64,000 bases of DNA from contig CAWGFO010000010.1 of the NCBI GenBank assembly GCA_963821925.1, positions 74,065-138,064 on the forward strand, given 5' to 3'. The notes beneath the pieces are model-generated. The model did no database searches. It was not told the origin of the DNA and saw nothing but the letters and a program-made list of their open reading frames with translations. The position numbers were made by a program, and so were the translations under genes. Origin of the DNA: an uncultured Actinomycetes bacterium (GTDB lineage: Bacteria > Actinomycetota > UBA4738 > HRBIN12). This document shows positions 19,014-27,727 of this stretch, piece after piece (the stretch's first letter is position 1; each line of letters opens with the position of its first letter).

Positions 19014-19805
19014 GTGAAGGAGTTGGCGGGCAGGGGCGCGCTCGTGACCGGCGGGACCACCGGCCTCGGCCGCGCGATCGCCGAGGTGTTCGTGCGGGAG
19101 GGCGCCGCGGTCGTGATCACCGGGCGCGACGAGGGGCTCGGGCGGGAGGCCGAGGCCGTGCTGCGCGGGGCCGGCGAAGCGTGGTTCGTGCGCGCCGATG
19201 CCGGCGACCCCGCGCAGATCGAGGCGTCGGTGGACCAGGCGGTCGGGCTCCTGGGCGGGCTCGACGTGCTCGTGAACAACGCGGGCCTGGGCGTGGCCGC
19301 CTCGCCGCTCGACACCCCGCTCGCGGACTACGACCGGGTGATGGACGTGAACGTGCGTGGGTGCTTCCTCTACGCGCAGCGGTGCTTCCCTCACCTCGAG
19401 GCCCGTGGCGGCTCGATGATCCACATCGGCTCCGACGCAGGGGTGCTGGGAGAGGTCGACATCGGCGTCTACTCGGTCTCGAAGGCCGCGGTGCACATGC
19501 TGTCGAACGTGCTCGCCGTCGAGGGCGGCCGGCGCGGGGTGCGATCGAACGTGATCGCGCCCGGCGATACGGAGCCGGGCATGCGCCACATGGGCCCACC
19601 CGGCGACCAGGATCGGCCCGAGGACGACCCGTCGACCTGGCCGCTCCCGCCGATCGGGCGCGTGGGCCGCGCGGCCGACGTCGCCGAGGCCGCCGTCTAC
19701 CTCGCCTCCGAACGGGCCTCGTTCGTGAACGGCGTGACGCTGCTGCTCGACGGGGGCATGCGCGCGGGGTTCAACACCGCTCGGTTCCTGCCGATGACCC
19801 CATGA
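19014..19805 (+). CDS. Short-chain dehydrogenase/reductase (SDR)
   Basis: TGGTTGLG cofactor motif, NNAG, and a YSVSKAA catalytic YxxxK. Confidence 0.8.
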   Translation: MKELAGRGALVTGGTTGLGRAIAEVFVREGAAVVITGRDEGLGREAEAVLRGAGEAWFVRADAGDPAQIEASVDQAVGLLGGLDVLVNNAGLGVAASPLDTPLADYDRVMDVNVRGCFLYAQRCFPHLEARGGSMIHIGSDAGVLGEVDIGVYSVSKAAVHMLSNVLAVEGGRRGVRSNVIAPGDTEPGMRHMGPPGDQDRPEDDPSTWPLPPIGRVGRAADVAEAAVYLASERASFVNGVTLLLDGGMRAGFNTARFLPMTP

Positions 19806-19848
19806 GAGTGGCCCCCGCCCGCCGGCCCCGCGACTAGACTGGACGCCA

Positions 19849-20637
19849 GTGGTCACGATCGCCCACATCTCCGATCCGCACGTCGGTTCGCCGTTCTTCG
19901 TGCCGAACCTGATGAACCGCGTGATCAAGGAACTCAACGAACTGTCGCCCGATGCCGTCGTCTGCACCGGCGATCTCACGACCGAGGGCTACCGCCAGGA
20001 GTACAAGAACTGGCTCGCCTACGCCGAGCGGATCGAGGCGCCGATCCACACCGTGCCGGGCAACCACGACTCGCGCAACGTCGGGTACCTCCACTTCGAG
20101 GATCTGATCGGACCGCGGATGTGGACGGCCGAGGTCGAGGACGTCCGGATCGTGGGGCTGGACTCGAGCGAGCCCGACCTGAACGAGGGCAAGGTCGGGC
20201 GCATGCACTACGAATGGATCAGCCGCCAGTTCCAGGCGCCCGCCGCGCTGAAGGTGCTGGCCCTGCATCACCACCTGCTGCCGATCCCGGGCACCGGTCG
20301 TGAGCGGAGCACGGTGATGGATGCGGGCGACCTCCTCGAGGTGCTGATCCACGCGGGCGTCGACGTCGTGCTCTCGGGGCACAAGCACGTCCCCTACGTC
20401 TGGCGCCTCGAGAAGATGTTCGTCGCGAACGCCGGGACCGTGTCGTCCCTCCGCGTGCGCGGGTACACGAAGCCCTGCTACAACGTGCTCGAGTTCGAAC
20501 GGGGCGAGGTCAAGATCTTCCGGAAGTTCCCGTTCGGCGACAGCACCGTGATGGCGCACTTCGCGCTCTCGGGCGAGGAGTTCTACCGGGCGCACGAGCT
20601 GCCCGTCCAGGAGCGCACCGTCCACGTCGGCGACTAA
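19849..20637 (+). CDS. Metallophosphoesterase (calcineurin-like)
   Basis: Begins with GTG. Motifs SDPHVG, GDLT, GNHD, LHHH and GHKH are the canonical MPE metal-ligand blocks. Confidence 0.75.
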   Translation: MVTIAHISDPHVGSPFFVPNLMNRVIKELNELSPDAVVCTGDLTTEGYRQEYKNWLAYAERIEAPIHTVPGNHDSRNVGYLHFEDLIGPRMWTAEVEDVRIVGLDSSEPDLNEGKVGRMHYEWISRQFQAPAALKVLALHHHLLPIPGTGRERSTVMDAGDLLEVLIHAGVDVVLSGHKHVPYVWRLEKMFVANAGTVSSLRVRGYTKPCYNVLEFERGEVKIFRKFPFGDSTVMAHFALSGEEFYRAHELPVQERTVHVGD

Positions 20638-20688
20638 CGCCGGCCCCACCACCCGCACGATCGTCCCGACCGACCCCCCGATGGAAAG

Positions 20689-22035
20689 GTGATCCCCACC
20701 CCGATGCGCACCCTCGTCCTCGTCGACGGCGAGCATTACCCGCCGGTCACCCGGTGGGGCATCGAGACGGCCATCGCCCGCGGCCACGACGTGGTGGGCG
20801 CGCTGATGGTCGGCGGGATCGAGAAGATCGATCCGGGGTCGCTGCCCGACCTCGGCGTCCCGACGACCGCGGCCGGCGACGACCGGATGGCCGCGCTCGG
20901 CGCCGCGCTCGACGCGCTCGAGCCCGAGGTCGTGCTCGACCTGTCCGACGAACCCATCCTCGGCTACCGGGAGCGGATGGAGCTCGCGGCGGTCGCGCTC
21001 GCCCGGGGGGTCGTCTACCAGGGCGCCGACTTCCGGCTGGACCCGCCGGCCGGTGGCCCGCCGATCGACGCTCCCACGCTCGCCGTGATCGGCACGGGCA
21101 AGCGGACCGGGAAGACCGCGATCAGCGGCGAGGTCGCCCGGCTGGCCGCGCGCATGGGTCTCGACCCGGTCGTGGTGGCGATGGGGCGCGGCGGACCACC
21201 CGAGCCACAGGTCGCCGAGGCCGGGAGCGTTGACCTCGAGCGCCTGCTCGAGCTCGTCCGGTCGGGCCAGCACGCCGCGTCGGACTACCTGGAGGACGCG
21301 CTCACGACCGGCGTGACGACGATCGGCGCCCGCCGCGCGGGCGGGGGGCTCGCGGGGGCGCCGTACGCGACGAACGTCCGCGAGGCGGCCGAGCTCGCCG
21401 CCGCCCGCCGCCCGGGCGTCGTGATCCTCGAGGGCAGCGGGGCGGCGGTACCGCCCGTCCCGTGGGACGCCGGCGTCCTCGTGGTGCCCGCCTCGGCCCC
21501 GCCCGAGTACCTGGGGGGCTATCTCGGTCCCTATCGTCTCTTGCGGTCGGACCTCGTGGTTGTTACCATGGCGTCCAGCCCGTTCGCTGGGCCCGAGAAC
21601 CTCTCCGCACTCCGTTCCCACGTCGGCCGCTTCCTCGATGATGCCCGGTGCGTGGTGACCGACTTCATCCCGGTACCGCTGTCCGACGTGCGGGATGCGA
21701 GGGTGTTCTTCGCCACGACGGCGCCGGGGGCGGTCGCCGCTCGACAGGTCGACCACCTGGTGAGCGTCCACCGATGCGACGTCGTGGGATGGAGCGCGCG
21801 GCTGGCCGATCGGGCCGGCCTCGCGGAGGATCTCGATGCGGCCCAGGGATACGACGTCCTCCTCACGGAGCTGAAGGCCGCCGCCGTCGACGTGGCGTGC
21901 GAGCGGGCGATGGCCCGGGGGGCGGAGGTCGTGTTCGTGGACAACCGCGCCACGGTGGTGGAGGGATCGACCGATCTCGACACGGCGTTGGGCGAGGTGC
22001 TCGACCGAGCATCCGAGCGAGGGACTCACCGGTGA
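20689..22035 (+). CDS. Cyclic 2,3-diphosphoglycerate synthetase-like P-loop protein (archaeal cDPGS family)
   Basis: 448 aa, N-terminal LVDGEHYPPV, Walker-A GTGKRTGKT. The size and architecture match Methanothermus cDPGS. Its stop overlaps the GTG of the 2PGK-like gene. Confidence 0.5.
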   Translation: MIPTPMRTLVLVDGEHYPPVTRWGIETAIARGHDVVGALMVGGIEKIDPGSLPDLGVPTTAAGDDRMAALGAALDALEPEVVLDLSDEPILGYRERMELAAVALARGVVYQGADFRLDPPAGGPPIDAPTLAVIGTGKRTGKTAISGEVARLAARMGLDPVVVAMGRGGPPEPQVAEAGSVDLERLLELVRSGQHAASDYLEDALTTGVTTIGARRAGGGLAGAPYATNVREAAELAAARRPGVVILEGSGAAVPPVPWDAGVLVVPASAPPEYLGGYLGPYRLLRSDLVVVTMASSPFAGPENLSALRSHVGRFLDDARCVVTDFIPVPLSDVRDARVFFATTAPGAVAARQVDHLVSVHRCDVVGWSARLADRAGLAEDLDAAQGYDVLLTELKAAAVDVACERAMARGAEVVFVDNRATVVEGSTDLDTALGEVLDRASERGTHR

Positions 22036-23000
22036 ATCGATCCGATACGAAGACCCATATCGTGATCTCCGATCGCGAGCCCGGCCTGCCGTTCTCCAAG
22101 GGCCTGCTCGCGTCCCAGGTCATGGTCACGGGGCTGTCGCCGTTCCGCGCGTACCAGGTCGCCGAGGCGGTCGAGGAGCGCCTGCGCGCCGACGGGAGCG
22201 TCTCGCTCACGAGCGAGGAGCTCTCCGATGTGGCCCTGGCCGTCCTGGGCGAGATCGCGGGCGAGCGCTACGCGAAGAACTTCGTGCGGTGGCGCGAGGT
22301 CGAGCGTCTCGACGTCCCGCTGGTGATCTTGATCGGCGGCGCCACGGGCGTGGGCAAATCCACGATCGCGACGCAGCTCGCCGCTCGCCTCGGCATCGTC
22401 CGGGTGGTGGCCACCGACGCGATCCGCGAGGTGATGAGGTCGATGCTCTCGCCGAAGCTGATGCCCACGCTCCACACGTCGTCGTTCCACGCCGACGAGG
22501 CACTCCTGGAGCCTCCGTCGAAGGCGGTCGACGCCCTGATCGTGGGCTTCCGGGAGCAGACGGCGGCCGTCTCGGTCGGCATCGATGCACTGATCGAGCG
22601 CGCGGCGACCGAGGGCACGAGCATCGTGATCGAGGGAGCGCACGTGGTGCCCGGGTTCTTCGACGTGCAGACGCACGCCGAGCGGATCCTGTCCGTCTCG
22701 TTCCTGATCGGCGTCGACGACGAGGAGCGGCACCTCACGCACTTCGCCTCCCGCGAGGGCGCGGTGGCCGCCCGGCCGGCCGAGCGGTACGCGAACGGGT
22801 TCGACAACATCCGCAAGCTCCAGCGCTACGTGAAGGCGCAGGCGCTCGCCCACGGGGTCCCGATGATCCCCAACTACAGCTTCGACCAGTCGATCGCTGC
22901 GGTGACCGACCTGGTCATGGAACGCGCCACCGAGCGCGCGGCCGAACTCCGCGCGGCGGGGGCCACGAACGAGCACCGAGCAGAAGGGATACCGACGTGA
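22032..23000 (+). CDS. 2-phosphoglycerate kinase-like (ATP-cone plus P-loop kinase)
   Basis: N-terminal ATP-cone ([20 protein letters not shown]...VEERL), then Walker-[11 protein letters not shown] and a kinase core. This is the archaeal 2PGK architecture. Confidence 0.6.
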   Translation: MNRSDTKTHIVISDREPGLPFSKGLLASQVMVTGLSPFRAYQVAEAVEERLRADGSVSLTSEELSDVALAVLGEIAGERYAKNFVRWREVERLDVPLVILIGGATGVGKSTIATQLAARLGIVRVVATDAIREVMRSMLSPKLMPTLHTSSFHADEALLEPPSKAVDALIVGFREQTAAVSVGIDALIERAATEGTSIVIEGAHVVPGFFDVQTHAERILSVSFLIGVDDEERHLTHFASREGAVAARPAERYANGFDNIRKLQRYVKAQALAHGVPMIPNYSFDQSIAAVTDLVMERATERAAELRAAGATNEHRAEGIPT

Positions 23001-23658
23001 AGCTCTTCCTCGACACGGCAAGCATCGAGGAGATCCGCGAGATCAACCGATGGGGCGTCCTCGGCGGCGTGACGACGAACCCGTCCCTCGTGGCCAAGGA
23101 GGCCCAGGACCCCGACCGGGTCTGGAAGGAGATCCTCGAGGAGGTCCCGGGCGATATCTCGCTCGAGACCACCGAGCCCGAGGCCGACGCGATGTACGAC
23201 GAGGGCGTCGACCTCTCGCGGAAGGCCCCGAACGCCGTCGTGAAGGTGCCGATGACGCCCGACGGACTCGCCGCGGGCCGCGCCTCACCGAGGACGGGAT
23301 CCGTATCAACGTCACGCTCGTCTTCTCGCCGGCCCAGGCGATCCTGGCCGCCGAGATCGGCGCCTACATCGTGTCGCCGTTCCTCGGTAGGCTGGACGAC
23401 GTCGGCAGCGACGGCATGGGCATGCTCCGCACGATCTGCGAGATCTACGCGGTGCAGGGCTATCGCACCAACGTGCTGGCGGCCTCGCTTCGGCACCCGA
23501 TGCACGTGGTCGACGCCGCGCTCGCGGGCGCCGATATCGCCACGATGCCGTACGACGTGTTCATCAAGCTCGTGAAGCATCCGTTGACCGACTCCGGCCT
23601 GGACAAGTTCATGGCCGACTGGAACACGCTCCAGAACGAACTGAAGGGAGAGGCCTAG
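22997..23658 (+). CDS. tal: Short transaldolase / fructose-6-phosphate aldolase family; one apparent 1-nt deletion near 23285
   Basis: [32 protein letters not shown], the Schiff-base lysine in VVKVPMT, and a C-terminal half (INVTLVFS...) in the +1 frame. The frame is restored by ccc in place of cc at about 23285. Confidence 0.7.
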
Positions 23659-23662
23659 CCTC

Positions 23663-25432
23663 ATGGAGACCACGACCGACCGCAGCGCCCTCGAGGGCAA
23701 GCTGATCCCCGAGCTGCAGCGGATCGCCCAGGAGATGGGCATCGAAGGCACGCAGAAGCTCCGCAAGGCCGGCCTGATCGACGCGATCGTCGAGAAGGGT
23801 GGCAACGGGGAGGCCAACGCATCGACCGGGTCCGCCGCGCCACGTGGGCGCCGGGGCGCCAACGGCGAGTCCGCCGCGTCCGCCGAAGGCGCCGAGGCGC
23901 CGCCGGAGACGTCGACCGAGGAACGCGCCGATGAGCGCGGCACGTCCGAGCGCGCCGACGACACGTCCGAGGCCGAGGAGCGCGGCGCCGAGGACGGCGA
24001 CGTCGACGGGAACCGAGAGGCCCCGCGTGCTCCGCGCGGCGACCGCCAGCGCGACGACCGTGGCGATCGCGGCCGCGACCGGAACCAGGATCGTGGTCCG
24101 AGCGACCGCGGTGACCGGAACCAGGACCGGAACCAGCCCCGCAACCAGGGCGGACAGCCCCGGAACCAGGACCGTGCCCAGGGCGGACAGGATCAGGACC
24201 AGGGTGGTCAGCGCGACCGCGACGGTCGCCGCCAGCGTCCCTCCCGCGAGGAGCGCCGGCGTCAGCGCGAGGAACGGCGCCTCCGCGAGGAGGCCGATCG
24301 CGCCGAGGAGGTCGCGAACGCTCCCACGCAGAGCGGGATCCTCGACCTCCTGCCCGACGGCTACGGGTTCTTGCGGACCTCCGGCTACATGCCGGGCTCC
24401 GAGGACGTCTACGTCTCGGTCTCGCAGGTCCGCAAGGCGTCCCTCCGCAAGGGAGACGTGATCGGCGGCAAGGTCCGGCGTCCGCGCGACAACGAGAAGT
24501 ACCTCGCACTCCTCGAGGTCGAGACCGTCAACGGCATGGATCCCGAGACGGCGCGCGACCGCTCGAACTTCGACAAGCTGACCCCGCTCTTCCCCGACGA
24601 GCGTTTCCGGCTCGAGTCGGGCCCGCTCGCCGTGGCCGAGCGCATCATCGACATGATCGCGCCGATCGGCAAGGGCCAGCGCGGCATGCTCGTGGCGCCG
24701 CCCAAGGCGGGCAAGACGACGATCCTCAAGCAGGTCGCGAACGGGATCATCGCCTCGAACCCGGAGGTGCACCTGATCGTGCTGCTCGTCGACGAGCGGC
24801 CCGAGGAGGTCACCGACTGGCAGCGCACGGTGACCGCCGCCGAGGTCGTCTACTCCACGTTCGACAAGCCCACCGAACAGCACATCCAGGTCACCGAGCT
24901 GGTGCTCGAGCGAGCGAAGCGGCTCGCGGAGTCCAAGCAGGACGTCGTGATCATCCTCGACTCGCTCACACGGCTGGCGCGCGCCTACAACCTCGCGATG
25001 CCCGCGAGCGGCAAGATCCTGTCGGGCGGCATCGACGCGTCGGCGCTCTACCCGCCTCGGCGGTTCTTCGGCGCGGCGCGCAACATCGAGGAGGGCGGCT
25101 CGCTCTCGATCATCGCCTCGGCGCTCGTCGAGACCGGGTCGCGCATGGACGAGGGGATCTTCGAGGAGTTCAAGGCCACGGGCAACATGGAGCTCCGCCT
25201 CGACCGGCAGCTCGCGGAGAAGCGCCTGTTCCCCGCGATCAACGTCGACGCGTCGGGCACCCGCAAGGAGGAGCTGCTGCTCCCGCCCGAGGAGCTCGCC
25301 CTCGTGATCAAGCTGCGCCGGGTCCTGCACGCGTTGGAGCCGGCCGCCGCGCTCGAGCTCCTCACCGACAAGATCCGCGCCACGAAGTCGAACGAGCAGT
25401 TCCTGAAGGAGATCGCGAAGAGCGGGAACTGA
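23663..25432 (+). CDS. rho: Transcription termination factor Rho with an RD/RG/NQ-rich N-terminal insertion
   Basis: 589 aa with the Walker-A GKGQRGMLVAPPKAGKT and Q/R loops. About 110 aa of low-complexity D/R/G/N/Q insert lies between the N-terminal domain and the CSD, as in other actinobacterial Rho proteins. Confidence 0.95.
   Translation: METTTDRSALEGKLIPELQRIAQEMGIEGTQKLRKAGLIDAIVEKGGNGEANASTGSAAPRGRRGANGESAASAEGAEAPPETSTEERADERGTSERADDTSEAEERGAEDGDVDGNREAPRAPRGDRQRDDRGDRGRDRNQDRGPSDRGDRNQDRNQPRNQGGQPRNQDRAQGGQDQDQGGQRDRDGRRQRPSREERRRQREERRLREEADRAEEVANAPTQSGILDLLPDGYGFLRTSGYMPGSEDVYVSVSQVRKASLRKGDVIGGKVRRPRDNEKYLALLEVETVNGMDPETARDRSNFDKLTPLFPDERFRLESGPLAVAERIIDMIAPIGKGQRGMLVAPPKAGKTTILKQVANGIIASNPEVHLIVLLVDERPEEVTDWQRTVTAAEVVYSTFDKPTEQHIQVTELVLERAKRLAESKQDVVIILDSLTRLARAYNLAMPASGKILSGGIDASALYPPRRFFGAARNIEEGGSLSIIASALVETGSRMDEGIFEEFKATGNMELRLDRQLAEKRLFPAINVDASGTRKEELLLPPEELALVIKLRRVLHALEPAAALELLTDKIRATKSNEQFLKEIAKSGN
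23980..24300. repeat. Imperfect short tandem repeats (gaccggaaccagga-like units) encoding the Rho low-complexity insert
   Basis: Repeated gaccggaaccagg / cagggcggacag units are visible between about 24040 and 24250. Confidence 0.5.
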
Positions 25433-25516
25433 CGCTCGGAGGCTGCCCGGGAATGCAGGGGCGTTGACACCGGTGCGAGGTACCCTCATGCGGTCAGCGA
25501 AGGAGACGCATCCACG

Positions 25517-25744
25517 ATGAAGCAAGGCATCCACCCCGACTACCAGATCGCGAACGTCCACTGCTCGTGCGGGAACACGTTCCAGACCCGCTCGACCGTC
25601 AGCGAGATCCGCGCCGAGATCTGCTCGAACTGCCACCCCTTCTACACGGGCAAGCAGAAGCTGATGGACACCGGCGGCCGGGTCGAGCGCTTCCAGAAGC
25701 GCTACGCGAAGACCCAGGCGGCGCAGCAGGCCGCGAAGCAGTAG
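25517..25744 (+). CDS. rpmE: 50S ribosomal protein L31 (type A, zinc-binding)
   Basis: MKQGIHPDY...CSCG...[13 protein letters not shown]. Confidence 0.95.
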   Translation: MKQGIHPDYQIANVHCSCGNTFQTRSTVSEIRAEICSNCHPFYTGKQKLMDTGGRVERFQKRYAKTQAAQQAAKQ

Positions 25745-25749
25745 CCGAC

Positions 25750-26673
25750 GTGTCGGACGCGCCCGCGCCCGCACCCTCGAAGCCGCATCTCTACGGCGGC
25801 CAGGCCGTCGTCGAGGGCGTGATGATGCGCGGCGCGGCGCACTGGGCGGTCGCGGTCCGCCGGCCGGCGGGCGACATCCACATCGAGTCGCACGACATCG
25901 ACTCGATCGCGGCCAAGCACCCGATCCTCGGCAAGCCCGGGCTGCGCGGGATCATCGTCCTGGGGCAGTCGCTCGCGATCGGTACGCGTGCGCTCCTGAT
26001 CGCGGCGAACCAGGCCGTCGAGGAGGAGGAGCAGCTCAGCTCGCGCCAGGTCACGGTCTCCCTGATCGTCGCGTTCGCGCTGTTCATCGGGATCTTCATC
26101 CTGGGGCCGACCGCCCTGTTCGCCTGGTTCGAGGACCGGACGGGTGGCGGCGTGGCCGTCCTCGTGCTCGAGGGCGTGTTCCGGGTGGCGCTCTTCGTGG
26201 GCTACCTGTGGCTGATCGGCCGCACGAAGGACATCCACCGGGTGTTCGAGTACCACGGGGCCGAGCACAAGACGATCGCCGCCTACGAGCACGACGTGCC
26301 GCTCGAGCCGGACGAGGTGGATCGGTTCCCCAAGGAGCACGTCCGCTGCGGCACGAACTTCCTGATCATCGTGATGATCATCACGATCTTCGTGTTCACG
26401 TTGTTCGGCACGCCGGGCTTCTGGTGGCGGATCGCGTCGCGGATCGTCGCGATCCCGCTGATCGCGGGCATCGCCTACGAGGCGCTCCGCCTCGGCGCGC
26501 GGTTCCCCGACTCGCTGCTGATGAGGGCGCTGATGCGGCCCGGGATCTGGCTGCAGAAGATCACCACCCAGGAGCCGGCACCCGACCAGATCGAGGTCGC
26601 GATCGCGTCGTTCGACGAGGTCCTGCGGTGCGAGCGGGAGGCGCCGCGGCCGGCCGGCCCGCCTCCGGCCTGA
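25750..26673 (+). CDS. DUF1385 (YqhQ-like) membrane protein
   Basis: YGGQAVVEGVMMRG...FEYHGAEHKTI motif block. This is its conserved position between rpmE and prfA. Confidence 0.7.
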   Translation: MSDAPAPAPSKPHLYGGQAVVEGVMMRGAAHWAVAVRRPAGDIHIESHDIDSIAAKHPILGKPGLRGIIVLGQSLAIGTRALLIAANQAVEEEEQLSSRQVTVSLIVAFALFIGIFILGPTALFAWFEDRTGGGVAVLVLEGVFRVALFVGYLWLIGRTKDIHRVFEYHGAEHKTIAAYEHDVPLEPDEVDRFPKEHVRCGTNFLIIVMIITIFVFTLFGTPGFWWRIASRIVAIPLIAGIAYEALRLGARFPDSLLMRALMRPGIWLQKITTQEPAPDQIEVAIASFDEVLRCEREAPRPAGPPPA

Positions 26674-26770
26674 GCTCCGCGCCGCACACACCATCTCCCG
26701 AGGGTCGTTGCATCCGCGCCGAGGGCACCGGAAGATGCCCGGGTACCTCGAGCGAGCGGGAGGCTTCCCC

Positions 26771-27655
26771 ATGAGCAACACTTCCGACCTCGATCTGCCG
26801 TTGCTGCCCAGCGCCGAGCAGATCCGACGCCGTGAATTCGCGTCCGTACGACGCGGCTACGACCCCGATCAGGTCCGCGACTACCTGGGCGCGGTCGCCA
26901 CACAGGTCGAGACCCTGGAGCGGGACCTCCGCGAGGCGCGGCTGACCGCCGAGACGGCCGCCCCTGCACCCCCGGCGACCGCGACCGCCCCCGCGCCGAA
27001 GACCGATCCGTACGAGGAGCTCGGCAAGCGCATCGCCGGCCTGGTCGCCACCGCCGACCAGGAAGCGATCCGACTCGTCGACGAGGCCAAGACGGAATCG
27101 TCGCGGATCCTCCAGGAGGCTCGCACCGAGGCCGACCGGATCCGGACCGACGCGCAGTCCCACGCCGAGGAGGTCCGCCAGCAGGCCGCCGACGTCCTCG
27201 CCGAGGCCCAGGCGAAGGCCGACGCGATCGTCGCCGGCCTCGCGGAGCGCCGCGAGAACCTCGTCACGCAGCTCCAGACGATGCAGTCGCGGCTGCTGAA
27301 CGTCGCGAAGGAGCTCGACGTGACGATCGAGGACGGCGGCACGAGCGCCGCCGCGTCCGTCTCGGCGAGCTCGGCGCCGGAACCCGTGGTCACCGCACCC
27401 GTGTCGAAGGCGCCCGCGCCGGCTGCCGAGCCGGCGGCCGAGGGCCCTCAGCGCGCACGCACCGACGCCGCGGCCGTGGCCGAGGGTGACGACCTCGCCG
27501 ACCTGGTCGACCCGCGGTACGAGGACCTCTGGGTCTCCGCCGACGCGGCCACCGCCGAGCCCGACACCGACGCCGACGCGAGCACCGGTGATGCCGAGAT
27601 CGACCTTCCCGACCTCGCGTCGATCGAGCTCGACTTCGACAGCGACGACGACTGA
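26771..27655 (+). CDS. DivIVA-domain coiled-coil protein
   Basis: N-terminal FASVRRGYDPDQVRDYL DivIVA motif, a long coiled coil and an acidic tail. I prefer the ATG at 26771 over the track start at 26708. Confidence 0.65.
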   Translation: MSNTSDLDLPLLPSAEQIRRREFASVRRGYDPDQVRDYLGAVATQVETLERDLREARLTAETAAPAPPATATAPAPKTDPYEELGKRIAGLVATADQEAIRLVDEAKTESSRILQEARTEADRIRTDAQSHAEEVRQQAADVLAEAQAKADAIVAGLAERRENLVTQLQTMQSRLLNVAKELDVTIEDGGTSAAASVSASSAPEPVVTAPVSKAPAPAAEPAAEGPQRARTDAAAVAEGDDLADLVDPRYEDLWVSADAATAEPDTDADASTGDAEIDLPDLASIELDFDSDDD

Positions 27656-27670
27656 TCCTCCCGCACGACC

Positions 27671-27714
27671 GAACGACCCTCGCGGCGGCTCTCGGGGGTC
27701 GTTCTGCGTTCTGG
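27671..27714 (+). terminator. Candidate intrinsic terminator (hairpin plus a U-containing tail) after the DivIVA-domain gene
   Basis: GAACGACCC ... GGGTCGTTC forms a 9-bp stem, followed by TGCGTTCTGG. Confidence 0.3.
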
Positions 27715-27727
27715 GAACATCGCACGC

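Noticed and set aside
23980-24300. Tandem short repeats considered as a CRISPR array or intergenic satellite
   Set aside because: The repeats are in-frame inside rho and encode its RD/NQ-rich disordered insert. The units are imperfect and lack spacer structure.
25433-25516. TTGACA hexamer upstream of rpmE considered as a -35 element
   Set aside because: No convincing -10 hexamer at the proper spacing, so I left it unannotated.
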